A stretch of DNA of 64,000 bases. It comes from Eubacteriales bacterium. GTDB lineage: Bacteria > Bacillota > Clostridia > Oscillospirales > CAG-272. Positions 1 to 9,290 of the stretch are shown here, one piece after another. How positions within the stretch are numbered: position 1 is the first letter of the stretch; every line of letters begins with the position of its first letter. Position numbers and translations under genes: made by a program. Below the pieces are notes generated by a model that saw only the letters and a program-made list of their open reading frames with translations, did not search any database and had not been told where the DNA came from. The stretch covers positions 9,766-73,765 of the forward strand of contig JAZKYZ010000023.1 in the NCBI GenBank assembly GCA_045612385.1, written 5' to 3'.

Positions 1-524
1 CCTCCTATATTTCAGAGACCTATGATATCAGTAGTATCCTTTCCATTCTTTCGGGCGTGATTATGCCCATTTTCAGTGTGATTTGCGTCAGACTTTCTGC
101 ATTCCTCTACCAAAGGAAGATTAAAAACCCGACCACGCTCGCTGGCATTTTCTTCCTCGTCAGCACCATAGCCGCCATCGTACTCTTCCTGCTGGGTGGA
201 CGTAGCATCGTTCTCTCCATTCTTTCCTTCGCTCTTCTCGTTGGTGGAATGCACGGCACCAACCTGATGCTCACGACAATGCTTCCTCCCTATTTCAAGG
301 GACGGGGTAAGGTTTCCACCGTATCTGGCGTACTCAACTCCTGCACCTATGTCGGCAGCGCTGCCTCCACCTATGGTATCGCACTGCTTTCTACAAAAAT
401 GGGTTGGAATTTCACTGTGGGTCTTTGGGTTCTTATCGCGGCGCTTGGCGCTTTGGTTTGCTTTGTCGCTTCTCGTCTGTTCGCGCGTCAATTCTTCAGC
501 AGATGGAAAACTTCCGAGAAATAA
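1..524 (+). CDS. MFS-type transporter, C-terminal part (5' end lies outside the window)
   Basis: Frame 3 is open from the window edge to TAA at 522-524. The product is a run of hydrophobic helices (GIFFLVSTIAAIVLFLLGG, GLWVLIAALGALVCFVASRLF) typical of the second half of an MFS permease. A hairpin terminator follows. Confidence 0.5.
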   Translation, partial: SYISETYDISSILSILSGVIMPIFSVICVRLSAFLYQRKIKNPTTLAGIFFLVSTIAAIVLFLLGGRSIVLSILSFALLVGGMHGTNLMLTTMLPPYFKGRGKVSTVSGVLNSCTYVGSAASTYGIALLSTKMGWNFTVGLWVLIAALGALVCFVASRLFARQFFSRWKTSEK

Positions 525-567
525 AGAACGAAAAGTAAATATTTATTTCCTTTTTTACAAGCATAAT

Positions 568-600
568 AAAAAACCGATACTCAGCGAGTATCGGTTTTTT
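568..600. terminator. Bidirectional intrinsic terminator between convergent genes
   Basis: A6, then ccgatact / cagcg loop / agtatcgg, then T6. It lies between the stops at 524 (+) and 617 (-). Confidence 0.7.
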
Positions 601-616
601 GCATATTTGCTTAAGA

Positions 617-1318
617 TTATTCGCCAACAACAGTGATGCTGGTGATGTGGGGGTTAGGACCATTGTACCAGTAAACGAAACCGGTAATATCCAAAACGTC
701 GCCCTCAGCAAGGGTAGCAACGAGCTGATATACTTCAGTGTCGGGAGCAGTAAGGTAACGCTCAACGCAGAAGTCATAGTCAGCGCCGTCCTTGGTAACG
801 GTGAGGTAAATATCATCACCAGGCTCGCCGCCCTTATAGGAGATGGACTTAACGGTCATACCCTTGAAGATTGCGAGTTCGTTCTGGTGGTTGATGAGGT
901 CATCTGTGCCGAGCTTTGCTGTGAGGTCAGCAGGGGTAGCCACCCAGTTGCCTTCCAGAACCTCGAAGGTACAGTCGGTAATTTCCACTTCGCCGGACCA
1001 TTCTGCTTTATGACCGGTAACACGGATTTTCTGACCTTTTACAAGAGTCTTGCTTTGCTCTTCGGTACAAGTCATTTCGTACGCGAGGTACGCACCATTC
1101 TCTTCCTGAAGGTAAACGGTGATTTTGTTATCCCACCAGGATTGTGTTGCCTGAACATACGCTTCGATTACAACCGCGCTATCGAGGGGAGCTGCAACAT
1201 ACTCTGCGTGCGTCATAACGGTAACTTCATCACCGTTGTCAGGAGGTGTGGGCTGTACGCAAGAGAAGCAAGCGAGAGACATCACAAGAACAAGAAGAAA
1301 TGCGAGTAATTTTTTCAT
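617..1318 (-). CDS. Hypothetical lipoprotein, last gene of the sugar ABC operon
   Basis: The internal Met at 1318 gives MKKLLAFLLVLVMSLACFSC (signal peptide plus lipobox L-A-C), with AAAGGA upstream. Coding-like composition. I recognise no family. Confidence 0.6.
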   Translation of the reverse strand: MKKLLAFLLVLVMSLACFSCVQPTPPDNGDEVTVMTHAEYVAAPLDSAVVIEAYVQATQSWWDNKITVYLQEENGAYLAYEMTCTEEQSKTLVKGQKIRVTGHKAEWSGEVEITDCTFEVLEGNWVATPADLTAKLGTDDLINHQNELAIFKGMTVKSISYKGGEPGDDIYLTVTKDGADYDFCVERYLTAPDTEVYQLVATLAEGDVLDITGFVYWYNGPNPHITSITVVGE

Positions 1319-1396
1319 TTTTCTTTTTCCTTTCAAAAAATAATATTTCCAAAAAGTATTATACAACAAAAGAAACGCTCTGTCAAGAATAAAGAT

Positions 1397-2986
1397 TTAC
1401 TTTTTCCTTTTCTTTTTTAGATATTCTATTGTGCAATATGCTGAAATCACACACCATATTACGCCGAGCGAAATAAGAAGCACTACCGAGCCCGTCGGCA
1501 TTTTGCCAAGATCAATGTAGGAATCCGTCAGTTGAATCTGGTCGAGGCGATACAGCGCCGTCATCTCATCAAAGAGGTTTTCAACAAATGTGTTGTCGAC
1601 CTTTTTGTTTCGCCGTACTGCCTTTGTGACCTCTTCAATCATCTGTCCTGCCGCTTGTCTTGCCGAAGCCGAGCCATTAAAGACGGGCGTTACAAAGGTG
1701 TTTTCTGTATGAGCGAGCATCAGCTTCGCCGCCTGAATTTTGACAGCATAATGGGTGTCATTGTCCTCGCCCTCGCGCGCGAGGTAGTCGAGGTAGATGG
1801 GGTTTTCTTGCGCCTTTTTCGTGACGGGCACGTAGCCTTCCGTTTGCGAGTAGGCAATCTGCACCTCGTCGGTCAGAAGAAACTGTACGAAGAGCCAAGA
1901 GGCGAGTACCTCCTGTGGATCATCTTTGTTGAAGATACAGAGGGAAGGACCTTGCGAAATCATCACAGGCTCGTCGACATTCACTTGGGGAATGGGGCGA
2001 ACGACTGTCTCAAAGTTGACGAGGTTTTCCTCAGAGATATCCGACAAGGGCGCATCCGAGCCCATCCAGGCAGCGCCTGCCGTCGAGTCGATAGCGAAAA
2101 TACATTGACCTGCGTTTAAGAAATTGCCGGGATAGGAGGAAATGGCAAAGGTCGAGAAGGCGCGATTTTCTACGTGAGGTACAAGACCGAGCAGAATTTC
2201 CTTCGTGGTGTCATTAAACATCAGGATTTTGGCATCACTGGAGGTGTAATATGCGTCCATTTGCTTTAGCATCTGAATCATCATATTGTCGGTGGACTTG
2301 TAGATGAAGGGAATCATTGTTTTCTGTCCGTTGACCTTATAGGTGCCGTCTGGATTTTGCTCAGTCGCCTTATCGCTCACTTCAAAGATGAAATCCCACG
2401 TCAGCACATCCGGCACCTCATAACCGAGCTTTTCGACAAGGTCACGGTTGATGTAGCACGCTTCGGTGGAACGCATAAATGGCATTGCGTATTGCGAGCC
2501 GCCAAATCTGCCCTCGTCAAGGAACTTGTCTACCATTTCTTCCTTCGTCGGTGCATCAAAATTGACGCCGTCGGCTCCTAAACCATAGGTTTCGTCCTGG
2601 ATTAAGGAATCGAGTGGAACAATGACATTCTCTCCCGTATTGTAAGTCGCTATATGGTCGGGATAGGAGATGGCAATATTGGGGGTCGTGCCTGTTGAAA
2701 TGTTGGTAATGGCATCTTTATAGATGTCATTATAGTTGGTGTAATAGCGATTGACGATATGAATGTTCGGGTAAATCTTACTGAAATCCTCTGCCGCTTT
2801 TTCATAGATATTCTTTTGAGAGAGGTTGGAGTCATTCTTCGACCAGAAAACAATTTCATATTCTCTTGAGGTGTCAAACGCTTCTGGGACCTCAAAGGGA
2901 GGTGGCGTTTTCGTTTTTGCGCCGTGGCAGGAAAAGAGGGAGAAGGAAAGGGTGAGAACGAGCAGGAGGGATATGATTTTTTTCAT
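1397..2986 (-). CDS. ABC transporter extracellular solute-binding lipoprotein (carbohydrate type)
   Basis: N-terminus MKKIISLLLVLTLSFSLFSC has a lipobox. At 529 aa it has the composition of a family-1 sugar-binding protein. Its start overlaps the stop of the upstream permease gene. The C-terminus carries an extra hydrophobic helix followed by KKKRKK. Confidence 0.8.
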   Translation of the reverse strand: MKKIISLLLVLTLSFSLFSCHGAKTKTPPPFEVPEAFDTSREYEIVFWSKNDSNLSQKNIYEKAAEDFSKIYPNIHIVNRYYTNYNDIYKDAITNISTGTTPNIAISYPDHIATYNTGENVIVPLDSLIQDETYGLGADGVNFDAPTKEEMVDKFLDEGRFGGSQYAMPFMRSTEACYINRDLVEKLGYEVPDVLTWDFIFEVSDKATEQNPDGTYKVNGQKTMIPFIYKSTDNMMIQMLKQMDAYYTSSDAKILMFNDTTKEILLGLVPHVENRAFSTFAISSYPGNFLNAGQCIFAIDSTAGAAWMGSDAPLSDISEENLVNFETVVRPIPQVNVDEPVMISQGPSLCIFNKDDPQEVLASWLFVQFLLTDEVQIAYSQTEGYVPVTKKAQENPIYLDYLAREGEDNDTHYAVKIQAAKLMLAHTENTFVTPVFNGSASARQAAGQMIEEVTKAVRRNKKVDNTFVENLFDEMTALYRLDQIQLTDSYIDLGKMPTGSVVLLISLGVIWCVISAYCTIEYLKKKRKK

Positions 2987-3858
2987 CCTTTTGTACCTCC
3001 TCTTGCGACGCCTTCCATAACCTTGTCACGGAAAACCAAAAATAGAATGATGAGGGGGAGCGATACGGAAACGACCGCTGCCATCATTGCAGGGATATTA
3101 TCTCTGCCGAAGCCACTTTCCCGAATCGCCTGAATGCCATTGGACACAAGAAAATACTTCTCATTGTCGGTAATCAATCTTGGCCAGACATAGGAGTTCC
3201 AGCATTCAATAATTTTCAATATGATAATGGTGATTACGGTAGGCTTGGAAATGGGGAGCATCACACGCCACAGATATACAATATCACGTGTGCCGTCCAC
3301 CTTCGCTGCAAGGTAAAGCTCGTCGGGAATCTGCGCGAAATTCTCCTTCAAAAGATAAATATAGAATACGCTTGTAATCGAGGGGAGAATAAGACCTGTA
3401 AAGGTGTTGCGTAGATTCAGGTCGGTGATGGTGACGTAGTTTGTGATTACCACAAGCTCGGTCGGAATCATCATCAGGGCGAGAAACAGGGTGAAGGCAA
3501 TGTCCTTGCCCGGGAAATCCAGTCTTGCAAACGCAAATGCCGCAAGCACTGTTACCACAAGCATCAGCGCCGTTGTCAAAAGTGTGTAAATGATGGTGTT
3601 TAAAAAGTAAGAGAAAAGAGGAACGGCAGTGAATGCAGAAATGTAGTTTTCAAAGGTAGGACTCAAGGTAAAGAACTTTGGGATAAATTCAGTGTTATAC
3701 GCGGCAAAGGACTTCACACTGGAGAGAAGCATCCAGTAAAAAGGGAAGAGAACGACGAGAGCCCAGACCCCAAGCGCAATGTAAATCACCACGCTGAGTA
3801 TCTTTGAGAGGCGCTTATTTTTCTTTTCAGAAATCAAATAACTTGATACGGTACTCAT
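2983..3858 (-). CDS. Carbohydrate ABC transporter permease (MalG-like)
   Basis: Six hydrophobic segments. EAA-loop motif YLAAKVDGTRDIVYLWRVMLPISKP. Confidence 0.85.
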   Translation of the reverse strand: MSTVSSYLISEKKNKRLSKILSVVIYIALGVWALVVLFPFYWMLLSSVKSFAAYNTEFIPKFFTLSPTFENYISAFTAVPLFSYFLNTIIYTLLTTALMLVVTVLAAFAFARLDFPGKDIAFTLFLALMMIPTELVVITNYVTITDLNLRNTFTGLILPSITSVFYIYLLKENFAQIPDELYLAAKVDGTRDIVYLWRVMLPISKPTVITIIILKIIECWNSYVWPRLITDNEKYFLVSNGIQAIRESGFGRDNIPAMMAAVVSVSLPLIILFLVFRDKVMEGVARGGTKG

Positions 3859-3870
3859 CAGCGTCCTCCT

Positions 3871-4764
3871 TTAAGTATAATGCACATACTTCTTGCTGAC
3901 AAGCAAGTTGATGGCAGTGATGGTGAGGACAATCATAAAGAGAATGATTGCCGCCGCTGAAGCGAAGGAGGGATATCCTCCACTGTTGCCATAAAGCATA
4001 TCGTACACATAACCGACGAGGGTATTCATTCCCGCCGCATTGAGGTCGACCCCGAAGAGGGCGACAGAATCGCTATATGCCTTGAATGCGCCAATAAAGC
4101 CCGTGATGACAAGATAGAAAATCATTGGAGAAATCATTGGCAGAGTGATGCGAGAGAAGATGCGCCACCTGGACGCGCCGTCAAGCTTCGCTGCCTGATA
4201 ATAGTCATCCTTGACGGAGGCGAGGGCGCTCGTTAAAATCAAAATCTTGAAGGGCATAACAATCCAGATGGTATAAAAGCAAAGCACAAACATTTTTGCT
4301 GCATACGGACCGTCAATAAAATCCAGGGGACCTTGTCCAAACCAAGAGAGAAACAGGTTAACAAGACCGTCGGAGTAGGGCGTTCTCTTAAAGAGAATCA
4401 TAAAAACAAGACCGACGGCGAGTGTGTTTGTCACATAAGGCAAAAAATAGATGGTCTGGAAAAGCTTGCGAAGCGCCTTGATTTTAGAAAGACCCAGCGA
4501 GATGAGCAGAGCAATTCCTGTGGAGAGTGGCACCGTAATGGCGACCAGGATCAAGGTGTTTTTTAAGGCAGAGAGAAAATAGGGGTCGCGCAAAACATAG
4601 GCATAATTATAAAAGCCGACACCTAAATGCTCTCCGGAGGCGAAGTTATATCCCTCCTCAAAGGAGTAAATCAATACGTCAATGAGGGGGTAGACCATAA
4701 ATATTCCGAGAAAGAGAATGGCAGGGAGCAGATACAGCCATCCCTTTAACTTTTCAAGTTTCAT
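3871..4764 (-). CDS. Carbohydrate ABC transporter permease (MalF-like)
   Basis: EAA-loop motif YQAAKLDGASRWRIFSRITLPMISP. I prefer the Met at 4764 (MKLEKLKGW), which has AGAGGA 6 nt upstream, over the ORF-track start at 4809. Confidence 0.85.
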   Translation of the reverse strand: MKLEKLKGWLYLLPAILFLGIFMVYPLIDVLIYSFEEGYNFASGEHLGVGFYNYAYVLRDPYFLSALKNTLILVAITVPLSTGIALLISLGLSKIKALRKLFQTIYFLPYVTNTLAVGLVFMILFKRTPYSDGLVNLFLSWFGQGPLDFIDGPYAAKMFVLCFYTIWIVMPFKILILTSALASVKDDYYQAAKLDGASRWRIFSRITLPMISPMIFYLVITGFIGAFKAYSDSVALFGVDLNAAGMNTLVGYVYDMLYGNSGGYPSFASAAAIILFMIVLTITAINLLVSKKYVHYT

Positions 4765-4822
4765 AAGTAATCCTCTTTTCACATAGCGTGCAATTTGTCG
4801 CACAGACAACTAAAACAGAAAA

Positions 4823-5470
4823 TCAGAGAGAGGCTTCCAAAAGAAAATCGACAACGCGAGTGTCCTCGTAAGCACTCTCCCAGCTATTGTGACCGACACC
4901 ATCAAAGATGGTGAAACGGACATTGGCGCCATTTTTGCGCGCGCCCTTTACCATATCTATGCTGCTTGAGATGTCGACGGTAGAATCCTCATTTCCGTGA
5001 AATGCCCAAATGCTCTTTCCCTTCAGCGCTGTGGTACGCCAAGCCATACCACCTCCACAGATGGGAGCGAATGCGGCAAAGGCGTCGGGATAGGTCATTG
5101 CCATCTCCCACGTGCCATAACCACCCATGGATAGACCAGTGATAGTCATTCGTTTTTTATCAACGCTATAAGCGTTTGCTACGGTGTCAACAAGCGCTTT
5201 GAGGTCATAAACTCTTTGATTCCACACCTGACCTTCAGGACATTGAGGACAAAGGGCGATTGCCTCAAAATTCATTCTTCCTTCTTGGAGATAACGCGCG
5301 ATACCGTGCACATTGACACGTTCTAAATCGCTTGTGCCATTGCCACGCTCTCCAGCGCCGTGCAGGCAGAGGATAAGTGGGTAACTCTTTTCGGCATTAT
5401 AATGATCAGGAAGATACAAAATGTAACCAAATGTTTGCAAATTGCTTATTTTTACATCAATTCTTTTCAT
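4823..5470 (-). CDS. Alpha/beta-hydrolase esterase (carboxylesterase / CE1-like)
   Basis: Nucleophile elbow GLSMGG, LHGAGERG oxyanion region, and a C-terminal GHNSW histidine. The start at 5470 (MKRIDVK) avoids overlap with the upstream gene. Confidence 0.7.
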   Translation of the reverse strand: MKRIDVKISNLQTFGYILYLPDHYNAEKSYPLILCLHGAGERGNGTSDLERVNVHGIARYLQEGRMNFEAIALCPQCPEGQVWNQRVYDLKALVDTVANAYSVDKKRMTITGLSMGGYGTWEMAMTYPDAFAAFAPICGGGMAWRTTALKGKSIWAFHGNEDSTVDISSSIDMVKGARKNGANVRFTIFDGVGHNSWESAYEDTRVVDFLLEASL

Positions 5471-5480
5471 TGTATTGTCC

Positions 5481-6098
5481 TTATTTGATAAAATTTGTTC
5501 TGGCGCGCGCTTCCCGCACAGGAAGTCCATATGCCTCTTTGCCAAGACGGATGCTCTTCATCAGGAAGGCGGCGTTTCGGGCTAAGGTACGCATATTCTG
5601 CATCCCCTCCTCGTCACGGACGGCCTCGCCTGGAAGCATACCGTGAACGCTGTTCCAGTATTGTCCAGAAACGACAGGCATTCCACTGATGGTAAAATAC
5701 TTGTTCAACTCATCAAAGGTCGCAGAAGTGCCACCACGACGCGCGACCGTTACGGCAAAGCCGACTTTAAACTCCTTTGTGAAAGGCGTCGAATAAAACA
5801 GACGATCGAGCAGGGCGATCAGTGTTGCATTCGCAGAAGCGTAATACACCGGCGAGCCAACGACAAGACCGTCACACTCATAGAAAATGGGAGCGAGGGT
5901 GTTGACAATGTCATCAAAAACGCATCTCTCAAGTTCTCCACAACGTCCACAGGCAATGCATCCACGCACAGCGAGGTGACCGACATCAAAATATTCTACT
6001 TCAATGCCTTCTTCGATAAACGTTTTTTTGACTTCGGCGAGAGCGAGCGCCGTATTGCCATTCTTTCTCGGACTTCCGTTTAAAATGAGTACCTTCAT
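5481..6098 (-). CDS. Iron-sulfur flavoprotein / NADPH-dependent FMN reductase family
   Basis: MKVLILNGSPRKNGNT flavodoxin-like N-terminus plus a compact cysteine cluster CIACGRCGELERC (CX2CX2CX5C), as in the Isf family. Confidence 0.75.
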   Translation of the reverse strand: MKVLILNGSPRKNGNTALALAEVKKTFIEEGIEVEYFDVGHLAVRGCIACGRCGELERCVFDDIVNTLAPIFYECDGLVVGSPVYYASANATLIALLDRLFYSTPFTKEFKVGFAVTVARRGGTSATFDELNKYFTISGMPVVSGQYWNSVHGMLPGEAVRDEEGMQNMRTLARNAAFLMKSIRLGKEAYGLPVREARARTNFIK

Positions 6099-6152
6099 AC
6101 GCCTTCTCCTTATAGAACTTAATGATTACTTTATTATAATTATATTTCATAT

Positions 6153-6181
6153 TATATCACGTGTGCGCAATTTTTTCAATG
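6153..6181 (-). promoter_or_regulatory. Sigma-A type promoter for the minus-strand flavoprotein/esterase/ABC operon
   Basis: On the minus strand it reads TTGAAA, 17 nt, TATAAT, with a TG extended -10 (cgTGaTATAAT). Confidence 0.55.
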
Positions 6182-6242
6182 GATAAATTCACTTTTTTTA
6201 AAAAAGCAACGGCTAATTTTCAGAAAATAAAGAAAATGACTA

Positions 6243-6271
6243 TTGTTTTTTGGTTTTCCGTATGATATAAT
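6243..6271 (+). promoter_or_regulatory. Sigma-A type promoter for the DUF1538/P-II pair
   Basis: TTGTTT, 17 nt, TATAAT, with a TGa extended -10. It lies about 30 nt upstream of the RBS AAAGGAGAAG. Confidence 0.5.
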
Positions 6272-6301
6272 AAAGAAAATACTTTTGAAAGGAGAAGAGA
6301 T

Positions 6302-7819
6302 ATGCACATCCTGAAGGAAAAATGGCGCGAAGCCCTCGCTTCCGTCTTGCCCGTTAGCGCTATCGTGCTTCTGTTATCCATAACCATTGCCCCGATGCGC
6401 CTTTCGGTCTTTCTCTCTTTTTTGTTTGGTTCGGTGTTCCTGGTGTTTGGAATGGGACTGTTCTCACTCGGCGCAGATACGGCAATGATGCCTATGGGAG
6501 AATATGTCGGCGCTTCCTTGACAAAGATGAAGAAAATATTTCTTTTAATCCCTCTGTCTTTCTTTGTAGGACTTCTCATCACTGTATCCGAGCCTGATTT
6601 GCAGGTGCTCTCTCAGTATGCTCCTTCTATTGATTCCACTGTTCTTATTTGGTCGGTTGGTATTGGTGTCGGTGTCTTTCTTGTGCTTGCAATGCTTCGT
6701 ATTCTCTTCAATATCAAGCTTCGCATTCTCCTTCTTATCTTCTACATCCTCGCGTTCGGTATGGCGTTTTTTGTCAATCCGGATTTCTGGCCGATTGCCT
6801 TTGACGCTGGTGGCGTTACCACAGGCCCTATGACCGTTCCTTTCATTATGGCGCTTGGTACAGGTGTCAGCGCCATTCGTTCGGATAGCGACAATGCGGC
6901 GGACAGCTTTGGTCTGGTTTCCCTTTGCTCCGTCGGTCCTATTATTGCCGTCCTTTTTCTCGGTTTGATTCTTGAGCCGGAGGGCGCCTTTATTCCGATA
7001 ACCACACCGGTGGTAGACGAATCACGTGCGCTTGCTTTGGCATTCTTCGGCGCCGTTCCCCATACAATGCTGGAGGTGCTTCGTGCGCTACTCCCCATTA
7101 CGGCATTCTTCCTTGTTTATCAGTTGTTTGTAAATCGTCTGCCCTTAAAACAACTCGGTAAGATCCTCATTGGTGTGGTCTACACCTTTGTTGGTTTGAC
7201 CCTGTTTCTCACGGGCGCCAATGTCGGCTTTATGCCCGCAGGCTATGCGCTTGGTGAGATTCTCGGCGAGACGAATTTTAAATACTTAATGATTCCTATT
7301 GGTATGCTGATTGGTTACTTCATTGTAGCCGCTGAGCCTGCCGTTCAGGTCTTGCAAAAACAGGTAGAGGACATCACATCTGGCACCATTCCCCGTCGCG
7401 CTTTAGGTATCACTCTCGGTATCGGTGTTGCGATTTCCGTTGGCCTTGCGATGGTACGTGTCCTGACGGGCATATCCATTATGTATTTTTTGATCCCCTC
7501 CTATGTGATTTCATTGACCTTAACCTTTATTGTTCCCGATATTTTTACGTCAATTGCTTTCGACTCGGGTGGCGTAGCATCAGGACCAATGACAGCGACC
7601 TTCCTTCTCCCCTTTGCAATGGGAGCGTGCGTCAGCGTCGGAGGTACGATTGTTACCGACGCCTTTGGTGTTGTGGCAATGGTCGCTATGACTCCCTTGA
7701 TTGCCATTCAGATACTCGGTCTTGTATATAAGCTCAAGCTTCGTCATAGCCATAAGGTGGCAGAGGAAGAAAGAGAAGAGATTGTCGAGATTATCGAATT
7801 CTCTGAGGATTGGAGGTAA
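6302..7819 (+). CDS. DUF1538-family integral membrane protein (putative transporter)
   Basis: About 12 hydrophobic helices. An internal duplication shows paired motifs FDAGGVTTGPMTVPFIMALG and FDSGGVASGPMTATFLLPFAMG. Confidence 0.75.
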   Translation: MHILKEKWREALASVLPVSAIVLLLSITIAPMRLSVFLSFLFGSVFLVFGMGLFSLGADTAMMPMGEYVGASLTKMKKIFLLIPLSFFVGLLITVSEPDLQVLSQYAPSIDSTVLIWSVGIGVGVFLVLAMLRILFNIKLRILLLIFYILAFGMAFFVNPDFWPIAFDAGGVTTGPMTVPFIMALGTGVSAIRSDSDNAADSFGLVSLCSVGPIIAVLFLGLILEPEGAFIPITTPVVDESRALALAFFGAVPHTMLEVLRALLPITAFFLVYQLFVNRLPLKQLGKILIGVVYTFVGLTLFLTGANVGFMPAGYALGEILGETNFKYLMIPIGMLIGYFIVAAEPAVQVLQKQVEDITSGTIPRRALGITLGIGVAISVGLAMVRVLTGISIMYFLIPSYVISLTLTFIVPDIFTSIAFDSGGVASGPMTATFLLPFAMGACVSVGGTIVTDAFGVVAMVAMTPLIAIQILGLVYKLKLRHSHKVAEEEREEIVEIIEFSEDWR

Positions 7820-7822
7820 ATT

Positions 7823-8530
7823 ATGCAGAAAATGTACTTTTTTATAACCATCGCCAATCGTGCAGATGACAAGGAATTTCTTGAATTCTTTGAAAAAGAG
7901 AATGTAAAAAGCATCTATTCTACACCAGCACGTGGTACAGCGAGCAGCGCTGTTCTTGACCTTCTCGGACTTGCCGAGAGCGAAAAAACAATATACATTT
8001 CTCTCCTTCTCCACGATAAGATGAAGAGCATTATTAAAAAACTTACAAGCGAAATGTGGATTGACCTTCCGGGTCGTGGTATTGCTCTTGCTGTGCCACT
8101 TGCCAGCATTGGTGGACGAGATGCTCTTGCGCATTTTAGTGGTGGAGAGGACACCGAATCGACAAAAGAAAGTGAGGAAAAAGCTGTGGAAGCGAGAACA
8201 CAGGATAGAAAAAATGAATTGATTGTGGTAATCTGCGAGAAAGGACACACCGACCTCGTAATGGATGCTGCGCGCGCCGCTGGCGCAAGAGGTGGTACAG
8301 TTACTCGCGCCAAAGGTACAGGCGCGCAATACACCGATAAATTCTTTGGACTTTCCATTGCCGAAGAAAAAGAAATCATCTATATTGTTTCTTCAAGTGA
8401 ACACAAAGGAGAAATTATGACGCAAATTATGACGCAGGCAGGTAGCCATACCCCTGCGCACGCAGTTGTTTTCTCCCTTCCTGTTACCGATACGGCAGGA
8501 CTTCGCTTGTTTGATGAAAAGGCAGAATAA
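7823..8530 (+). CDS. Tandem P-II-like signal-transduction protein
   Basis: Two roughly 100-aa halves joined by an acidic linker. The second half (ELIVVICEKGHTDLVMDAARAAGARGGTVTRAKGTG) looks like P-II / nitrogen-regulatory protein. It starts 4 nt after the DUF1538 stop. Confidence 0.65.
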   Translation: MQKMYFFITIANRADDKEFLEFFEKENVKSIYSTPARGTASSAVLDLLGLAESEKTIYISLLLHDKMKSIIKKLTSEMWIDLPGRGIALAVPLASIGGRDALAHFSGGEDTESTKESEEKAVEARTQDRKNELIVVICEKGHTDLVMDAARAAGARGGTVTRAKGTGAQYTDKFFGLSIAEEKEIIYIVSSSEHKGEIMTQIMTQAGSHTPAHAVVFSLPVTDTAGLRLFDEKAE

Positions 8531-8552
8531 CCCATCTGTAATATCTTGAAAA

Positions 8553-8591
8553 GAAGCCGTCGGGGCGTTTGCTCCGACGGCTTTGCTTTTT
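8553..8591. terminator. Bidirectional terminator between the P-II-like gene and pgsA
   Basis: agccgtcgg / ccgacggct 9-bp stem followed by ttgcttttt. Confidence 0.6.
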
Positions 8592-9171
8592 ATAAGCGTC
8601 TGATAAAATCCTCTACAATATTCCGTTTGGAGCGAGGAAAGACCGAGAGATGCTCCTTTAAGTAAAGAATACAGGAAATGGAGAGGGTAGTAATGGAAAG
8701 GGACAAGGTGATCATACTCAAAAAGAGTGGTAAGGGAGGGAAAATAAGATGCAATAATACGGTACAAAAAAGGACACAGCCAGCGATTTTTCCGTGTATT
8801 CTCGCTCCGGCAATGTGCGTGGAGTGATGAATGGAGATTAGGCTTGTGGTGGCGCACAGCACCTCTTTGATGACGAGCGCAATGAGCAAAAGCAAGAGGG
8901 AAGGGGAATGCGCAATCAAACCGAGTAGGGCAAGAATATAAGTGGCTTTATCTGCGATAGGGTCGAGAATTTTACCGATGTCGCTCACCTCGCCGAGCCG
9001 TCTTGCAAGAAATCCGTCGGCAAGGTCACTTGCCCCCGAGAGAAGAAAAACAAAAATGGCGAGCGTGTGCATTTCCTCAATCAGGGCGAGATAGAGAATG
9101 GGAGCGAGAAACAGACGATACAGCGTCAGGATGTTTGGTAGAGTAAAAATTCCTGTTTCTTTATTTTTCAT
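8590..9171 (-). CDS. pgsA: CDP-diacylglycerol--glycerol-3-phosphate 3-phosphatidyltransferase
   Basis: CDP-alcohol phosphotransferase motif DGFLARRLGEVSDIGKILDPIADK (DGx2ARx8Gx3Dx3D). The start at 9171 (MKNKETG) has GGAG upstream. Confidence 0.8.
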   Translation of the reverse strand: MKNKETGIFTLPNILTLYRLFLAPILYLALIEEMHTLAIFVFLLSGASDLADGFLARRLGEVSDIGKILDPIADKATYILALLGLIAHSPSLLLLLIALVIKEVLCATTSLISIHHSTHIAGARIHGKIAGCVLFCTVLLHLIFPPLPLFLSMITLSLSITTLSISCILYLKEHLSVFPRSKRNIVEDFIRRL

Positions 9172-9246
9172 AGAGGAACTCCTTTTTTTAGAAAGTATAC
9201 CCGAAGAAGCTTTTTCCATTCGTCAAAAGGAAAGTTTTTATCTTAC

Positions 9247-9275
9247 TTGACATTGCTTTTGGTATATGATAGAAT
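9247..9275 (+). promoter_or_regulatory. Sigma-A type promoter for the Mrr-like gene
   Basis: TTGACA, 17 nt, TAGAAT. Confidence 0.5.
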
Positions 9276-9290
9276 GAAAATAAAGAACGG

